Assembly: GCA_965644265.1 (NCBI GenBank)
Contig: OZ286471.1
Location: 31,062,001-31,126,000, forward strand
From: Glycera tridactyla
Lineage: Eukaryota
DNA length: 64,000 nt
Direction of reading: 5' to 3'
This document shows, one piece after another, positions 36,382-49,815 of the stretch. Under the pieces are notes generated by a model. That model worked only from the letters and a program-made list of their open reading frames with translations, was not told the DNA's origin and did not search any database. Each line of letters opens with the position of its first letter. Positions within the stretch are counted from its first letter, which is position 1. The position numbers and the translations under genes were made by a program.

Positions 36382-36653
36382 CTTGTGGTCGAGTTTGCTC
36401 CAAAGCCTTGATTCGAGACCGCAATTCTGTCAAAGCTTCTCTCTGACGGGTGATGACCTGTTCATGTCGTTCCCCTCGACACTGCGCACCCAGTGACGTC
36501 AACTCTGATGTAATCCGCCCGTCTTCTTGTAACAATTCGATTTTCTTTTTGCTGGCAGATTGTTCTTTCATTAACATATCCTCCAATTCCTTTATCTTCC
36601 CATCTTTGTCTGTATGGACAGTCTTGAATTTACTCAGAGTCGTCTTTTGCTTC
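36382..36653 (-). CDS. FHAD1: FHAD1 exon (KQKTTLSKF...LGAQCRGERHEQVITRQREALTELRSRIKALEQTRPQ)
   Basis: Diagnostic FHAD1-like motif RHEQVI.RQ..AL.ELR.RIK.LE; phase 2-1. Confidence 0.9.
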
Positions 36654-36935
36654 CTACAGAACAATAAAGATGACAGTAGTGGTTATAGTCACTAGCGGTT
36701 AGACATTTTTGTTCCGGAATCGATTTCAGCGATTAAATTGATCTTAAATTCCACTAAGTCATACTATCACATTGGATTTGTTTCTCTCGATTCTATTCGC
36801 TAAACATGTACTTTGATCACATGGTGCGTGAGAAAAAAATCTGACAAGTTGAATTGGAAACTGTTTTGAATCAATTAAATTTGTCAACATGACCAATACA
36901 GGATATAGGCAATGGCCACAAGGTATTCAACTTAC

Positions 36936-37095
36936 GAAAGTTCTGAGTTGTAGTCTTTCAATTCCACTTTTTGTCTATCCACTATCTCCGAAAGCACACA
37001 CATTTTCTGCCGCAGATCGACAAGCTCCTGCTCCTTGGACTTGACCGCCAGTCGATATCGTTCCAACTCCTCTTTCTGTGTTTCAGATAGTTCTC
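36936..37095 (-). CDS. FHAD1: FHAD1 exon (ELSETQKEELERYR...KDYNSEL)
   Basis: ttcattccag| ... |gtaagt, phase 1-2. Confidence 0.85.
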
Positions 37096-37677
37096 CTGGA
37101 ATGAAATGTATACAATCATCTGAATCTGCTATTTTTCTTTGGAATATCTCTGAAAAAATACTGCGCAAATGAGAGAGGCAATCACAGTCCCCCATCAGGA
37201 CAGCAGACTGAAAGAATCACTTTCCCGAATACAAATTCAAGTTCAAAAAGATAATTGAGCAAAAGCTAGGTTATCTGGCGTTAGAACCTTATCAAGACAT
37301 AAATTCCAACTTGTGGTGATTACTTTGGAACCATTCTCCCATCAAGAGACGTAGTTCGGTCTTTTCACTCTCCGCAAACCCAATTTATTCTCCCTGGGAT
37401 TCATTATGCATTCATCAGCATGATCAGATGTGACTAATGTAATGCATAAAATCCATTACATACCTTGTATCATCAGAAATCTTAGTTCATGACGGATCAT
37501 GTGTTTACTATCAATTTCCATGTACATATTTCTTTGATCTGCATCAGGAATCATGATTGAATTATTGTATCAGTCATCCAGCAAATGAAGAGAAACTTCT
37601 TCCCTGGTGGTCAGTCTAACCTAAAGGCATCTCAATGGATCACTGTCAAAGTCTATCAAGAATGTTATGATGCTCAC

Positions 37678-37887
37678 CTGTGACGTCAGTCAAGCGAGCG
37701 GTAGCTCCCGTCAGATCTCGACGTAATCCAGTGATGACGCTCTGCTGCTCATTGACCTGCGTTTTCAACGTCATATTCTCTTTTCTTAACTCGGTGATTG
37801 TTTTCTCTAACGTTAAAATATCATTATTTGTCTTCTCAACCAGTACTTTTGTGTGTTTTGGAGAGGTCTTTGGTTTTTTGTGTAGTT
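37678..37887 (-). CDS. FHAD1: FHAD1 exon (LHKKPKTSPK...ITGLRRDLTGATARLTDVT)
   Basis: ttctttgtag| ... |gtgagc, phase 1-1; conserved GLRRDL.GA.ARL motif. Confidence 0.88.
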
Positions 37888-38446
37888 CTACAAAGAAAAG
37901 ATGAATACAGCATGACAGAACAGCCAATAATCATAAATCAAAATATAACTTTCAAGTTGAAAAAGTTTGTCATGTGAATGATGATGGAGTGAGGGGATTT
38001 CATTTGGGGTTCCATCGCATACTGCATCTAGGTCAGAATAAATCATGTAATGATATAAATGCAACTGCAGGATTTGAAAACATATAACATCAAGGGATGG
38101 CCATTTTAAATATTTACTAATATGTGAGTGCACANNNNNNNNNNNNNNNNNNNNNNNNNNNNNNNNNNNNNNNNNNNNNNNNNNNNNNNNNNNNNNNNNN
38201 NNNNNNNNNNNNNNNNNNNNNNNNNNNNNNNNNNNNNNNNNNNNNNNNNNNNNNNNNNNNNNNNNNNNNNNNNNNNNNNNNNNNNNNNNNNNNNNNNNGG
38301 GGAATGGGAGTAGAGATCGGCAAACAGATGTATGGAAGTTTGGGCGGCAAGACGGACAGACAGGCAGACAGATGGATAAATAGATGGACAAGACACACTG
38401 ACAGACCGACAGAAAATGACAGGTGTCAATGATAACTTCTATTTAC

Positions 38447-38684
38447 CTGTGATGGTATGCTTAAGATGAGTGATCTCGGACTGATAATCTTTATTCTTCT
38501 TCACAAGTTTGTTAAGTCGCTCCTCAAGTGTACATATTGTAACACTGTGCTGGTGAACTTGCTCCTTATAGCCGGTCACACTCATTTCCACCTTGACTTC
38601 GCTCTCTCCAACCAACTTCTTCAATTTTGCCATCTCTTCTGACTGGCCTTGTTCCAATGTACTGATCTGAAGTTTATATTCTTC
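38447..38684 (-). CDS. FHAD1: FHAD1 exon (EEYKLQIST...QHSVTICTLEERL...HTIT)
   Basis: tttttccag| ... |gtaaat, phase 0-1. Confidence 0.85.
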
Positions 38685-38996
38685 CTGGAAAAAAAGAAAA
38701 TTGCTCTGTGAATGGATACATTCTTCTGGATGCCTAGCTATACATGAGCGATCTTTTGAGGAAGATATGTCTAGCACTGTCAATGAGAACTACAAATATT
38801 CATCTAATCTTATAGATGCAAGATGAAACCAATCTAATGAAAAAGTTCTCCCTTCTACAGTCAAACTTCTCTATAAAAACCGCCTATTGGTCGCACAAAA
38901 AGAGAGGCCTTTATAGGGAGGTGTTCTTCATAGAGAGGTCATTTACTGTTGAAAATACTACTGCAGTCACAGCTCAGGGTGGCCTTTATAACTTAC

Positions 38997-39077
38997 TTCT
39001 CGTGCCTTCAATACATCGATCTGCAGGAGCGCGGTCTTCAGTTCCTCTTTTGTCTCACCTTCTTTCTCTTCAATGGA
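38997..39077 (-). CDS. FHAD1: FHAD1 exon (SIEEKEGETKEELKTALLQIDVLKARE)
   Basis: catttcag| ... |gtaagt, phase 0-0. Confidence 0.8.
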
Positions 39078-39963
39078 CTGAAATGAAATGAGCAAATCAC
39101 CACTCAATCACCACCCTCATGATATATTAAAATACAGACTGCATTAGTTGTTTTTTCTTCTTCCACTTTCTACCTTGAACAATGAACTCCTAATACATAC
39201 CTTTATGGATCATTTACTCTCCCCTACACCCACAATATACATAACCTTCTAGGCTGATACATGCCAGTAAACCACAAACAAACAAACCACCACACCCACT
39301 CTCAATTTCAAAACATGAACCTTTTAACCCATATTCATAACAATTCTAACATCCACAGGAAATCTGATTATTCCTGAAAATACAATTCCTACATTTCCCT
39401 GGCGTATAATGAAACATGGTTCAATTCTTAGAATGTCTTTTCACAAAAATCTGGTGAAATAACTGGTCTTCCACATGAATCAAACAATATAGAAGCCTCA
39501 AATCAGGGCTCTACGATAAGGGTTCCCCTACTGGCACAGACAGGCAGATTTGTTGTTAGAGCAAGTGATCTTAACACTCTGCCTGACCGATGAACCCACC
39601 ATTATTTATAGTATGAATATATGCAGGAGGGCAGGTGAAAGGACAGGGAGTGCAAAATTTGAGCTATGTGGATTCAGCAGTGTCTGAGACTAATGCAGAT
39701 GGTGACAATGCAGATTTGATTTAGGTGATTTAGATGGAGAAAGTGAATTCTTTGGAGCAGATCAGTGCTGATGGAGAACAGATTTACATGGATCATCTCT
39801 TGTTAATCCGGGATGAACTATATTTGAAAATACTTCCATCACTTTGCAATCAGGAACTGAAACAACTATTGCTAGAAGTTACTCATCGGAATGGACTGTA
39901 ACAATATAAGTCGGTACAAACTCAGAAGCTTGTATTTCACATCGAGAACTCAAACGTACATAC

Positions 39964-40091
39964 CAATTTCAATGTCTGTAGATTTTCCTCCATTGATGTG
40001 TATTTTTCTCTCTCCATCTGCAGTTGATTCTCTCGTTTTTCTGCCTCCAACGAGCGAATTTCATCAATCATACGGTTCAGCCGCTCCTCAG
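39964..40091 (-). CDS. FHAD1: FHAD1 exon (EERLNRMIDEIRSLEAEK...LQTLKL)
   Basis: attcttctag| ... |gtatgt, phase 1-0. Confidence 0.82.
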
Positions 40092-40517
40092 CTAGAAGAA
40101 TGAAAGTTACATGTCAATCAAAGCGGGCAAATATCTGAATTCATCACAGTGCAGATTCCAGTTGCTTTCTAACATAGGAGTGAACAAATGTATCTGCATA
40201 TACCCAAATGGCATACAACCAAATATGACCTTCATGGGGGGGGGGGCTCATGGAGATCATCAACTGTCGAAAAGTACAACAGTGGAACCTCTTTTGAGAG
40301 ACCACCCTCTTTTGAGAGACCTCCCTCTTTTGAGAGACTGCTTTCTATTGGTTCATTTCTATTTGACATAGTCAAATGCACCTCCAATGAATCCACCTCT
40401 CTTGAGAGACCGCTTGTGGTTGGCATTTGTTGGGGTCTCCCAAAAGACGTTTTACTGTATCACAGTTGCAGCTCAGGGTGCAATTTTAATGATGAGTGAA
40501 TTGCTGTTACTACTTAC

Positions 40518-40706
40518 ATTCTAATTTCACTCGTTCCACTTCATCTGTTGTCTGGTTTGACACTTCCTGGCGTATATTCGCGATGGCTAGTTCTACGTCT
40601 ATCTTGTGTCGCTGCTCAGCAGTGTTTAGTTGCTCCGTGAGCGTCTGTATCTGCGTGTTCAATTCCTTCATCTTCTCTTTCAGTGAGAGTATATGAGCTG
40701 CCGGAC
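40518..40706 (-). CDS. FHAD1: FHAD1 exon (PAAHILSLKEKMKELNTQ...VERVKLE)
   Basis: ccacag| ... |gtaagt, phase 1-1; the polypyrimidine tract is supplied by the adjacent (TTCCA/TTTCA)n microsatellite. Confidence 0.82.
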
Positions 40707-40709
40707 CTG

Positions 40710-40850
40710 TGGATGAATGGGATGAATGGAATGAAAGGAATGAAACAAAATGAAACGAATTGAATGAAAGGAATGGAATGAAAGGAATGGAATGGAATGA
40801 AATGAATGAAATGAAATGAAATGAAATGAAATGAATGGGATGGAATGAAT
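40710..40850. repeat. (GAATG/GAAAT)n microsatellite
   Basis: Direct reading; borders a gap. Confidence 0.95.
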
Positions 40851-41604
40851 NNNNNNNNNNNNNNNNNNNNNNNNNNNNNNNNNNNNNNNNNNNNNNNNNN
40901 NNNNNNNNNNNNNNNNNNNNNNNNNNNNNNNNNNNNNNNNNNNNNNNNNNNNNNNNNNNNNNNNNNNNNNNNNNNNNNNNNNNNNNNNNNNNNNNNNNNN
41001 NNNNNNNNNNNNNNNNNNNNNNNNNNNNNNNNNNNNNNNNNAATAACTTCATTTTTGTTAGGTACAACAGTTTGATCAAAATCTTTGTTACAGAAAGGCA
41101 TAGCCTTTCATACTGCTGAAAATTAATAAACCACGATGATGATTTCTCAGTAAATCACAGGATTAAATAGCTGATTCCGAATTGGCTGAAGCTCACATGT
41201 ATGAGGTGTATAATGGAATCTTTGTACCACATTAGTTATCATGTTGGATATATATCAACTATATTGCACATTGCTTTCTATGGTAGTGATGTCAACACAG
41301 TGAGATAACCTGGTGAAAATTTCTAGAACAAAATACTGTTATCCTCTATGCATTAGCACCTATGACAACAGAGGCCCTGGTATGAGACCATTTGTTTTGA
41401 AATCATTTTTCGAAGGCCACTCTTATTTTTGACAAATTTAGTCAGATATACCTCTGATGAGAGGCCCTCTGTTTGGTTAGAATTTGTTTAAATTCCCAGT
41501 GATCTGTAAACAATAGATTTTCACTGAGCTTACATTTCATCATAGCAATCTCCAGCAAAGCTAAACATGGCTATGAGAATGCAGACGCCATTAATATTAC
41601 TCAC

Positions 41605-41803
41605 GTTCATCAGATATTTTAACGTTGATGCCACATTCCTCAAGTGCCATCTCTATTTCGTGCTGCCAACCAAACTGTCCCGAGAATAATCGTATCAATT
41701 CTTCTTGCATCCACGACATTGATGGATTGACAGCCATTGTTCGTAGGAGGTCTGTATGCTGGCGGAGGCAGGAGGCTCTAAAACCATCCGACAGTAGCTT
41801 CGA
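41605..41803 (-). CDS. FHAD1: FHAD1 exon (SKLLSDGFRASCLRQHTDLL...EMALEECGINVKISDE)
   Basis: tttgattgcag| ... |gtgagt; phase 0-1 supplies the phase needed by the next exon. Confidence 0.82.
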
Positions 41804-44800
41804 CTGCAATCAAATAAAAGCTTATCAATTGTGATGGAAATCTCACACTATCCTATGGTGCATCGAGTTTGGTTTGCTTGAGGTTTGACAGCATGTATCA
41901 GCCCAAGGAGATTATGCATGCTATGTGTTCCTGACAGGGTACAACAAGATCACAATCATCCACCTGACTGGTGGGCACGTACATTTTCCAGGGATGTCAT
42001 TGGCTCACGAACAAAAACACTGAAAACCAAACCGGGAGCACTTTTTGTGGATCAACAAACCCAAACAACTGGTGACTGAAGGCTACCACAACTCCATACA
42101 AACATTGTGCTCTATCTCCACTAATACTGGTTCGAATTTCATGATCTAAAAGCCAAAATACACAGCAGAGAAGGTTCTTTGCTGTTATGTACATGGCCTT
42201 CTGATTCTCATGGAAATCTGTGGATCTGCGGAAGAATCACATCCCTGGTTTTCAGATCCAGCTGCCACCTACAAAATTCAGCAATCCCCCATTATGCGTT
42301 CATTGCATATATTAACATTTTCTACCTGTTCACCAGGCAATTGGGTTTATAAATCAACCTGCCCACCTTAAAATTCCACCAGCAGGTGGGAAGACATCTT
42401 GTCACACACTGGTTGTGCAATTAAAGCTAGCTGTCCCATCCCCTGCAGGCATTATTCTCACAAACCCTGAGCACAAGATGATGGGGATGTGTGCATACAC
42501 ACCATTACCAAATATGGTGCTGACCATAACCCTACCGAGCATGAACAGGTGACCCCAGCATGCCCACAAGTTGCGCCATGGGCTCAGCTGAAAAACTACA
42601 GTCAAACTTGTCTACAAGGACCACCATTGGCTGCACCAACTCATAGTCTTCGTAGACCAGAGGACTTTGTAGAGAAATTGTTTGCTGTATAAAATACTAT
42701 TGTGGGGTGGCCTCTGTATGCAGGTGGTAGTCTTCTGAACAGGTTCAGGTTCAGGTCCTTTCATTAAGGAGAATGACTTCACAACTGTTGATTCCTCCAT
42801 CAGACCAGATATGCATGTCCTACAAAGTTTCCTGTCCAACCTGCTCTAAAGACCACCTCTCTATAGAGACCACCTCTCTATAAAGACCACCCTGAGCTGC
42901 GACCGTGGTAATATTTTCAACAGTAAATGACCTCTCTATAAAGACCACCTGCCTATAAAGACCGCTTTTTTAATGCAACCGAAGGCGGTCTTTATAGACA
43001 GGTTTGACTGTATTTGAACTTCTGGGAGGTTTTACTTCAAGTCTGTTGCGAACAAGACATCCAGCACTACCAAATTTTGATCACAGGTGGTCAAGTATAT
43101 ATCGTAGCTCAGGCAGTACATCAGTTTTGAGGAAAACAGCTATTGTTGAGAAGATTGTACTTTTGCTGTTGTTACATATATCCTGAGTTTGCTGATGTGG
43201 TCACTAACTTCACCGGACATGACACGCATTTCCTATCCGATTTCACCCCAGACCCACAATAGCAACACTGAGTTTGTTTGTTTGTTTGTTCAGGTTTGAC
43301 ACCTGTTCTATCTTCTATGGTCAAAACTGTAAATGCAACCTTTTCACATATTTGAAGGAGCCCCTTGCATCTGTTTGGATCCACATCCTCGACCGCTTAT
43401 GTTCTGTCTTTTGCACCCAGCAATTCTCCTATGTTGTTCTCCCTCTTTCTCATATCTGTATTTAATTTTGATTTTTAGGAGGGCCCAGCATCCATTGGGA
43501 TCCATTAGCTGCTGACGAATTATGGTGTACATCCCAGCAGGAGTCGAGATTCCTCAAATCTTGGTCGGGCTGCCAAGTCTTCCTTCTTCAGGGATATGGA
43601 ATTCGATGGCCTGAAACACCAGCCTGGTATTTCACTTATGTGACTCTGCCTCACCAACTTCTGCTGTTGCTGAGTCAGTCATGAGTGGGATGTTTTGGCA
43701 ACATTTTTCTCTACTGATCTTATTACAAATTCATAGGGACCTGTGTTCTCCATTGCAAGCAAGGATTTCTTCCCGGGAATAGACAGTAATCAGTCGATAT
43801 ATGGTTTCATGATCATGGAACTTGTACGGGGAATGCTGATTCCCCTCTTCTCAATTGTGTCCTCAGTACAAATGGTGCATCTGCCCTGAAAGTGTCTGGC
43901 CAATAATCATGGGGCACATGTGTTACCATATATACTAGAAAAGATACTGACACCACAATTCATAGATGGAAGTATGTTTATTTATCAAAGGTAAAAATAC
44001 ATAAATATATGAAGTAGTAGTCAAAAAATCGAGTTGTATAACACACAAGTAGAGAAAAAAGTGTAAATCAGTAGCACAGTGAAACCTCCTATGGGATACT
44101 TTCTTCCAAGAGACCGCCTCCAATGGGAGACCAGTTTTTCAAGGCAGCTTTTCTATTTGACATAGTTGAATAGACCTCAAACCAAAGACCACCTCCTGGG
44201 AAGCTGGATTTTGGTAACATATAGAAGGTTTTTCATTGCAGGTTTCACTGCTTTATATTCAAAGAAATCTTATCTGATCTGAATGATCACATTACAGCAA
44301 TCATGTCACAAAAGGAACCTTTTTTTCACTATCGATCTTTTTAGGTACATTTCTGAAATATCACCATTCTTTTCATATGAGAAGGATGAGCAGGATGCAT
44401 AGAATTTGGTTTGACTGGGTTGGGATTCAACAGCATGTATCAACCCATAGGATTACGTATAAGTTCCCAGGATGTTCGTAGTGACCACATACAATTTCCT
44501 CGAGGAATATTTCTCATGCCAGATGTTGTGGAGAATGTTGCATACATTGAGACTTAAACTAGGAACAGTTATAGCTAGAGGCTGTAAATGCCCACCAGGC
44601 AATCAAAAAAGAAAATAAATATGGGCAACACAATAGATTTAACTTTCCAGGACTAAATGGCAACAAAACTGGTCTCACAAAAGAGGTAGTCTCTCGTTCG
44701 ATCTTTACTTGCCCAAGTCAAATAGACAAGAGGATCATGCACAATGGTCTTAAAAAACAGGTGGTCTCTCATTAGGGGTCTTCTGTATATGATCTTCCCT

Positions 44801-47661
44801 CAGGATATTGAAGTTATACGTTCCTGTTCTCCACCAGAGACTGGCAGGTAAGATCCAAAACTGGGCGGCAGAATTGTGAACCAACATGTGTATAGGCCAT
44901 ACCCCTTTCTGTTCACCTCTTTCATCTTTCACCCAAGTTCACCATTTTTTCTCACCATAAGGAAGATTTGACTGTTGAATCTATTATTTGCAGTTGTTTT
45001 GAGACATGCAAACAAAAATTTTAACCAGGGGTCATTTCATATTTTTCATGACGGACACCACCAGGATAGACATATCACTTGTCACATTCGACAGACCAAC
45101 ACAAATCTGTGAGATGCCTATTCCAAGATACACACGTGGTTATAAGTAGAGGAAACAGATATAAGTCAAGGGAAAATGCTGATCATCAAGACAGGTACCC
45201 AATGTCATGAGTACCTACAGATGAATGGTTCTCACAGCTACATGTCTCCATGCATGCATTCTCACATACATACAAATGCTTCATACAACTGTATCCATGT
45301 ACCCACGCATTCATGTTCACATACAATTGCATACATATACACACATTCACAGACATACAAGACACACATAAACATAGTGATGCAAGTGCACTGAAACAGA
45401 AGTTCCTGAAACCTGACCAAATTTCATGAAATTTACAATACCTCCTCCCTCCCCCCCCCCACCCCCCCCCCCCCAATACTTCCAACAGCACCAGAATTGA
45501 AATTTTCAGCCCAATATTAAAAACTTTTTCATTTTGAATTTTGTGACAAATTTCGTGACTTCTGGGAATTTCCTAAGAACTTTTATCACAATACACAAAT
45601 GAATGTATACTAGTGCTCCAACAATTACCCGATTATATCAATTTTTCATCGTTGAGAGGTCCAATTTGATCAATCGAACATGAAAATTTATAATCGATCA
45701 AAATATTGATTCAGGATTTTTGTACTTTTATTGAATAAAATCAGTATCCAAGCGTCATCGTGGGAACCTCTAAATTTGATGCAGAAATTTCACCAAGTCA
45801 GCACTGTGAGGTCAGCCATNNNNNNNNNNNNNNNNNNNNNNNNNNNNNNNNNNNNNNNNNNNNNNNNNNNNNNNNNNNNNNNNNNNNNNNNNNNNNNNNN
45901 NNNNNNNNNNNNNNNNNNNNNNNNNNNNNNNNNNNNNNNNNNNNNNNNNNNNNNNNNNNNNNNNNNNNNNNNNNNNNNNNNNNNNNNNNNNCCATTAAGG
46001 CAGCAAGATTTGAAGAAAGCACACCACCCATCAATTAATTATCCCCCGAGATCCCTGAGATGTGCACCTTAATGAACGCCTCCTCGCTCCGACGAAGGCC
46101 ATCAGTGCTAGCGAGAACTCTCAAAGGTCCTATTTGCTTTCAGAATGAGGCTGACATGGATGCACAGGTAAATCAACGAAACTCATCTAGTACACTAGCG
46201 GAAAACAAGGCACACACAAAAACTGCTCAAATGAGAACTGACTGCATCCCAACCGCTAATCTCCTGGGGCTGCATCTCATTTATTTCATCCATGCATTGT
46301 GAGAATAAAGCAGCACTGCATATGGTTATGATGGTATAAGACCTGCCCTATTTTAAATAGTGTAATATAAATTCACCATTTCAAGTAGGAAATTTCAAAA
46401 TACATGTATCTTGAATGATTGAACCAAGGCCTCAAAGTCCAGGCAGTCACTGGGTTGTGCCTGTGGGGATTCAAAGTCTTCCGGGGCAGATATTTTTCCA
46501 GAATCAAATGATCGCTGGATGGATGGCAGTAGTGACTGAGGTACCTCCTATATATATGTGACTCAGTTATTCGATTTCCATCAATACATCAGAACACAGC
46601 CGAAATTAAAACTGAGATGGCCGGGAACCCGATGGGATGAAAAATCAAGCTAATGATCTCAGCAAAAAGGAGTTAATTCCAGCAATTCAGAAAGGATTTT
46701 GTAGAAAACATGGAGCATTTGATTGAATCAATCCACCAAAAACAAAATAAATGGAATTCTTATGCCCTATTGCATTCTTCCACCAAAACAAATGAAGTCA
46801 TGAAAAAGTCCATCTACAATCTAACCCCAGCTTCACCATTGTGCCACCAGGAATGGAAAATATGTTAGCAATTTATTTGAGAATTTAATTTCTCTGAAGC
46901 ATTTGACTTCACTTACTGGCTATAGCTAATGCACTAATCCATAGAGGGAACCCTGGGTGGCTGAATATCTAGTATCATAATTACTTTGAATTGTAGCACT
47001 GCATCCGGGAGTGAGAAATCGTCCTTGGGCGGATTTTGTTCAAACCTATCTTCACCCCGACCATCAATTGTAACAGAAGAAGGTACCATGTCTGCCCAAC
47101 CAAACCATCAAATTGATATCCAATAGACATGTGGAAATAAGATGTGCAATGTATCGAGTCAAATTTGAATAACCAAATAGTGAATCGATTTGAAAGCATA
47201 GTCTTGAATGCATATAATTTCCAATCATCAGCACCATTCCATGATAATATGCTAAGCATTTTCAATATATTCACGACAGATATAAACATACAAAATTCAC
47301 AGCCGAGTCATGGAAGCAATTGAATAATTGATTGCTATGCTGATTGAACAAGTAATTTTTGAATATCTTATCGAATATCATGACTGAAGTCTTAAAAACA
47401 TGCTGATGTATATTGAGTAGGTTTCATCATAGCACAGGTATTTATTTTGAACTGTTCCTAATACATGCATTCACACCATTTGTGGATTTCACTCAGTCAA
47501 ACACCCATTCACTCACCTGTCCCCATTAGTTATTATAAAGATATGACTTGATGGAAGCACTGGAGGGCAGGTATATAGAAAGGCCATGAATCCATAGATT
47601 TTGCATGCACATTAATGCTGGCATATTAATGTCTTCATTTTTTCAAGAACTGTCAAGTTCA

Positions 47662-47811
47662 TCATGATGAATTCAAATTAACTCACTTTGGAAGAAACTG
47701 TTGAAACGATCACAACATTTGGACCACTCTTCCAGCATTCTAAACGTACGAAACCTTGTGGTCATTTCAACAATTTCATTCCAAAGTGACTCAATTTGAA
47801 TTCATCATGAT
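47662..47811. mobile_element. Fold-back MITE; same family at ~57076-57247
   Basis: ~55-bp imperfect inverted arms ATCATGATGAAT...CTTTGGAA..A.TGTTGAAAC. Confidence 0.6.
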
Positions 47812-48129
47812 TCAGCTTGGAACCAAGAACAATCTATTCGAAACAAAGTCATGATCTTTTGCAGGCAGTCCAACATGTAAAGTAAGTCTTTTTCAGCGCG
47901 CAGCAGTTGGGTGAGACTGGAAGACGGTGCAGAGCTACCGGGCGATCTACTCTGACCTTCTGTGTGACCTTGAGGAGTAACTCTCAGGTTTTCTTACCAC
48001 CGCCCCGAGTGTCCTGCAAGAGGACAACAGAAGGTCAGAGTCAGCCCAGCAACATAAAAACACCCACCCAGTCATCAACCTCAACATTTCGATACAATAA
48101 TGAACTTTGTGATAATTTCACACAATGGG

Positions 48130-48321
48130 AGTTTGAATGAAACTATGTTCCGCGATACATCATTACAATTTGTATAATTAATTCCTGAGAAATCATCCAA
48201 TTTCATCTGAATTTGAACATGGATGGATATCCAGGTTTGATCCACAAGAAATCTAATGATTTCTCAGAATGTAACTTGTTCATTCCAATGGTGTGTCATG
48301 AAACATAGTTTCATTCGAACT
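48130..48321. mobile_element. MITE with GAATGAAACTATGTT TIR; partial copies near 30350, 33670 and 33965
   Basis: GTTTGAATGAAACTATGTT / AACATAGTTTCATTCGAAC. Confidence 0.65.
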
Positions 48322-49600
48322 ATAAACTTGCTTTCCGGCCTTTCTGGCAACCAGCCATGATGGAGAATGTGTTTTACAAACATCACTGATTACATTCTTT
48401 TCATCGAATAACAGCCTCACTTTCCAATGTCCGACAATGGAAAGCAAACCTTCTTTCAGTCAACACACTGTAACCAGCGAGAATTCTTTTCCTGGGCACT
48501 AAGTTTGCTCATAGAATAATCTGAAAAATGTCTTTTGAGCACTTACAAATTTTCCTCTGAGAATATATCTGATATTTCATTCAGCAATAAAGCTGGATAT
48601 GATATGATATGAAATGTTATCCAAATGTTCAAGGTGGTGAAATTTTGAAATGCAAAGAGGAGATACCGGTGCAACTTAAGAGTATCTAATGACAGGTATA
48701 CTATGGTGCATTGGTGACAGAGAAATTCAATCTAGAAGATATAAGCTTTGAATTGAGTGCAAATACTGAACAATACTCAAGTGCAACATTAAACAATACC
48801 ACTGAGCATACTACACAACTGATACAGGTGAACAACAAGGACGATCTATATGAGAGATATGATGGGCATTTTTATGCTTGATATGTTAAATTCTTCCACA
48901 TGAGACCCAATCCCACCATTTAATGCAGGATTCGTTTTTGTCTCCGAATGATACTGCCGATGACTAATTTGAACCTCGCACATTGATCACCCAAACCCAA
49001 ATTTGGTCATCTGAAAGCCATACTAGAGACACACAAATGTCATAGGCTTGCTTGATGTCTTTATCTTAATATCTGTTATATGATCTCGCTCAAATCTGAT
49101 AAATGATTTCATTTACAACATCTCAATATCTCATAAGCCAATGGGGTGAAAATGGAGGATATGTAAATCTTCTAATCTTCGGGTCACATGGTCTCGCGAC
49201 AGCAAACGCCGCAGTAGCCAGTAGCTGAAGACAGAATGCGGATGCATTTTGAAAGCCTCTAAAACTTTCACTGTGAGTACCGAGAATATATTTGATTTCT
49301 AAATTCTTGTGATGAGAAGATTTTCTCTGCGAAGGCATGCAAGTTTCCTACATAGATTTTTATCATTTTCAAAGCGGTTCTTGAAAGAGATTCACTGGAG
49401 AAGATAAAGCCTTCAGGAAATCAGCAAATATATGTAAGAAATATTGACCACTTATGGGCTCATGAGAAATGAATCTTATCAATCTTTTATTGCAGTTGAT
49501 CAGAGAGATCATAGCTGGAAGCTGAGGGAGGTTTGTGGAGTGCCATGAATCAGGCACAACATAACCATCCGTGAATAATTTCACCAGGTTGGAATCGATA

Positions 49601-49815
49601 TCACAGTATAAAGTTAGTATTCCACAACCAAGGCAAGAAGATTCTCACCGATCGTTGACGTTTTGACCACCATCGGCAGCCATCATCAGAACTAATTCCC
49701 GCTAGGTGGTGTCGCTGGAATTAGTTCTGATGATGGCTGCCAATGGTGGTCGAAACGTCAACGATCGGTGAGAATCTTCTTGGCTGGGTTGTGGAATACT
49801 AACTTTATACTGTGA
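49601..49815. ncRNA. 215-bp palindrome containing two inverted Penelope-type minimal hammerhead ribozyme motifs
   Basis: Plus strand: CTGATGA (49727-33), U, stem II GGCTGCC-AAT-GGTGGTC, GAAA (49752-55), CGTC, with 3-bp stem I GTT/AAC. The minus-strand mirror has AAAA instead of GAAA. Confidence 0.7.

Noticed and set aside
46000-46300. Short ORFs and a CCGACGA..GAGAAC motif after the gap
   Set aside because: Possibly a Penelope remnant but too degenerate to call.
46985-48015. Candidate exons DTRGG (~47997-48012) and DMVPSS...VLQFK (~46985-47080)
   Set aside because: Not needed for FHAD1 phase continuity, weak acceptor or very short, and no resemblance to FHAD1.
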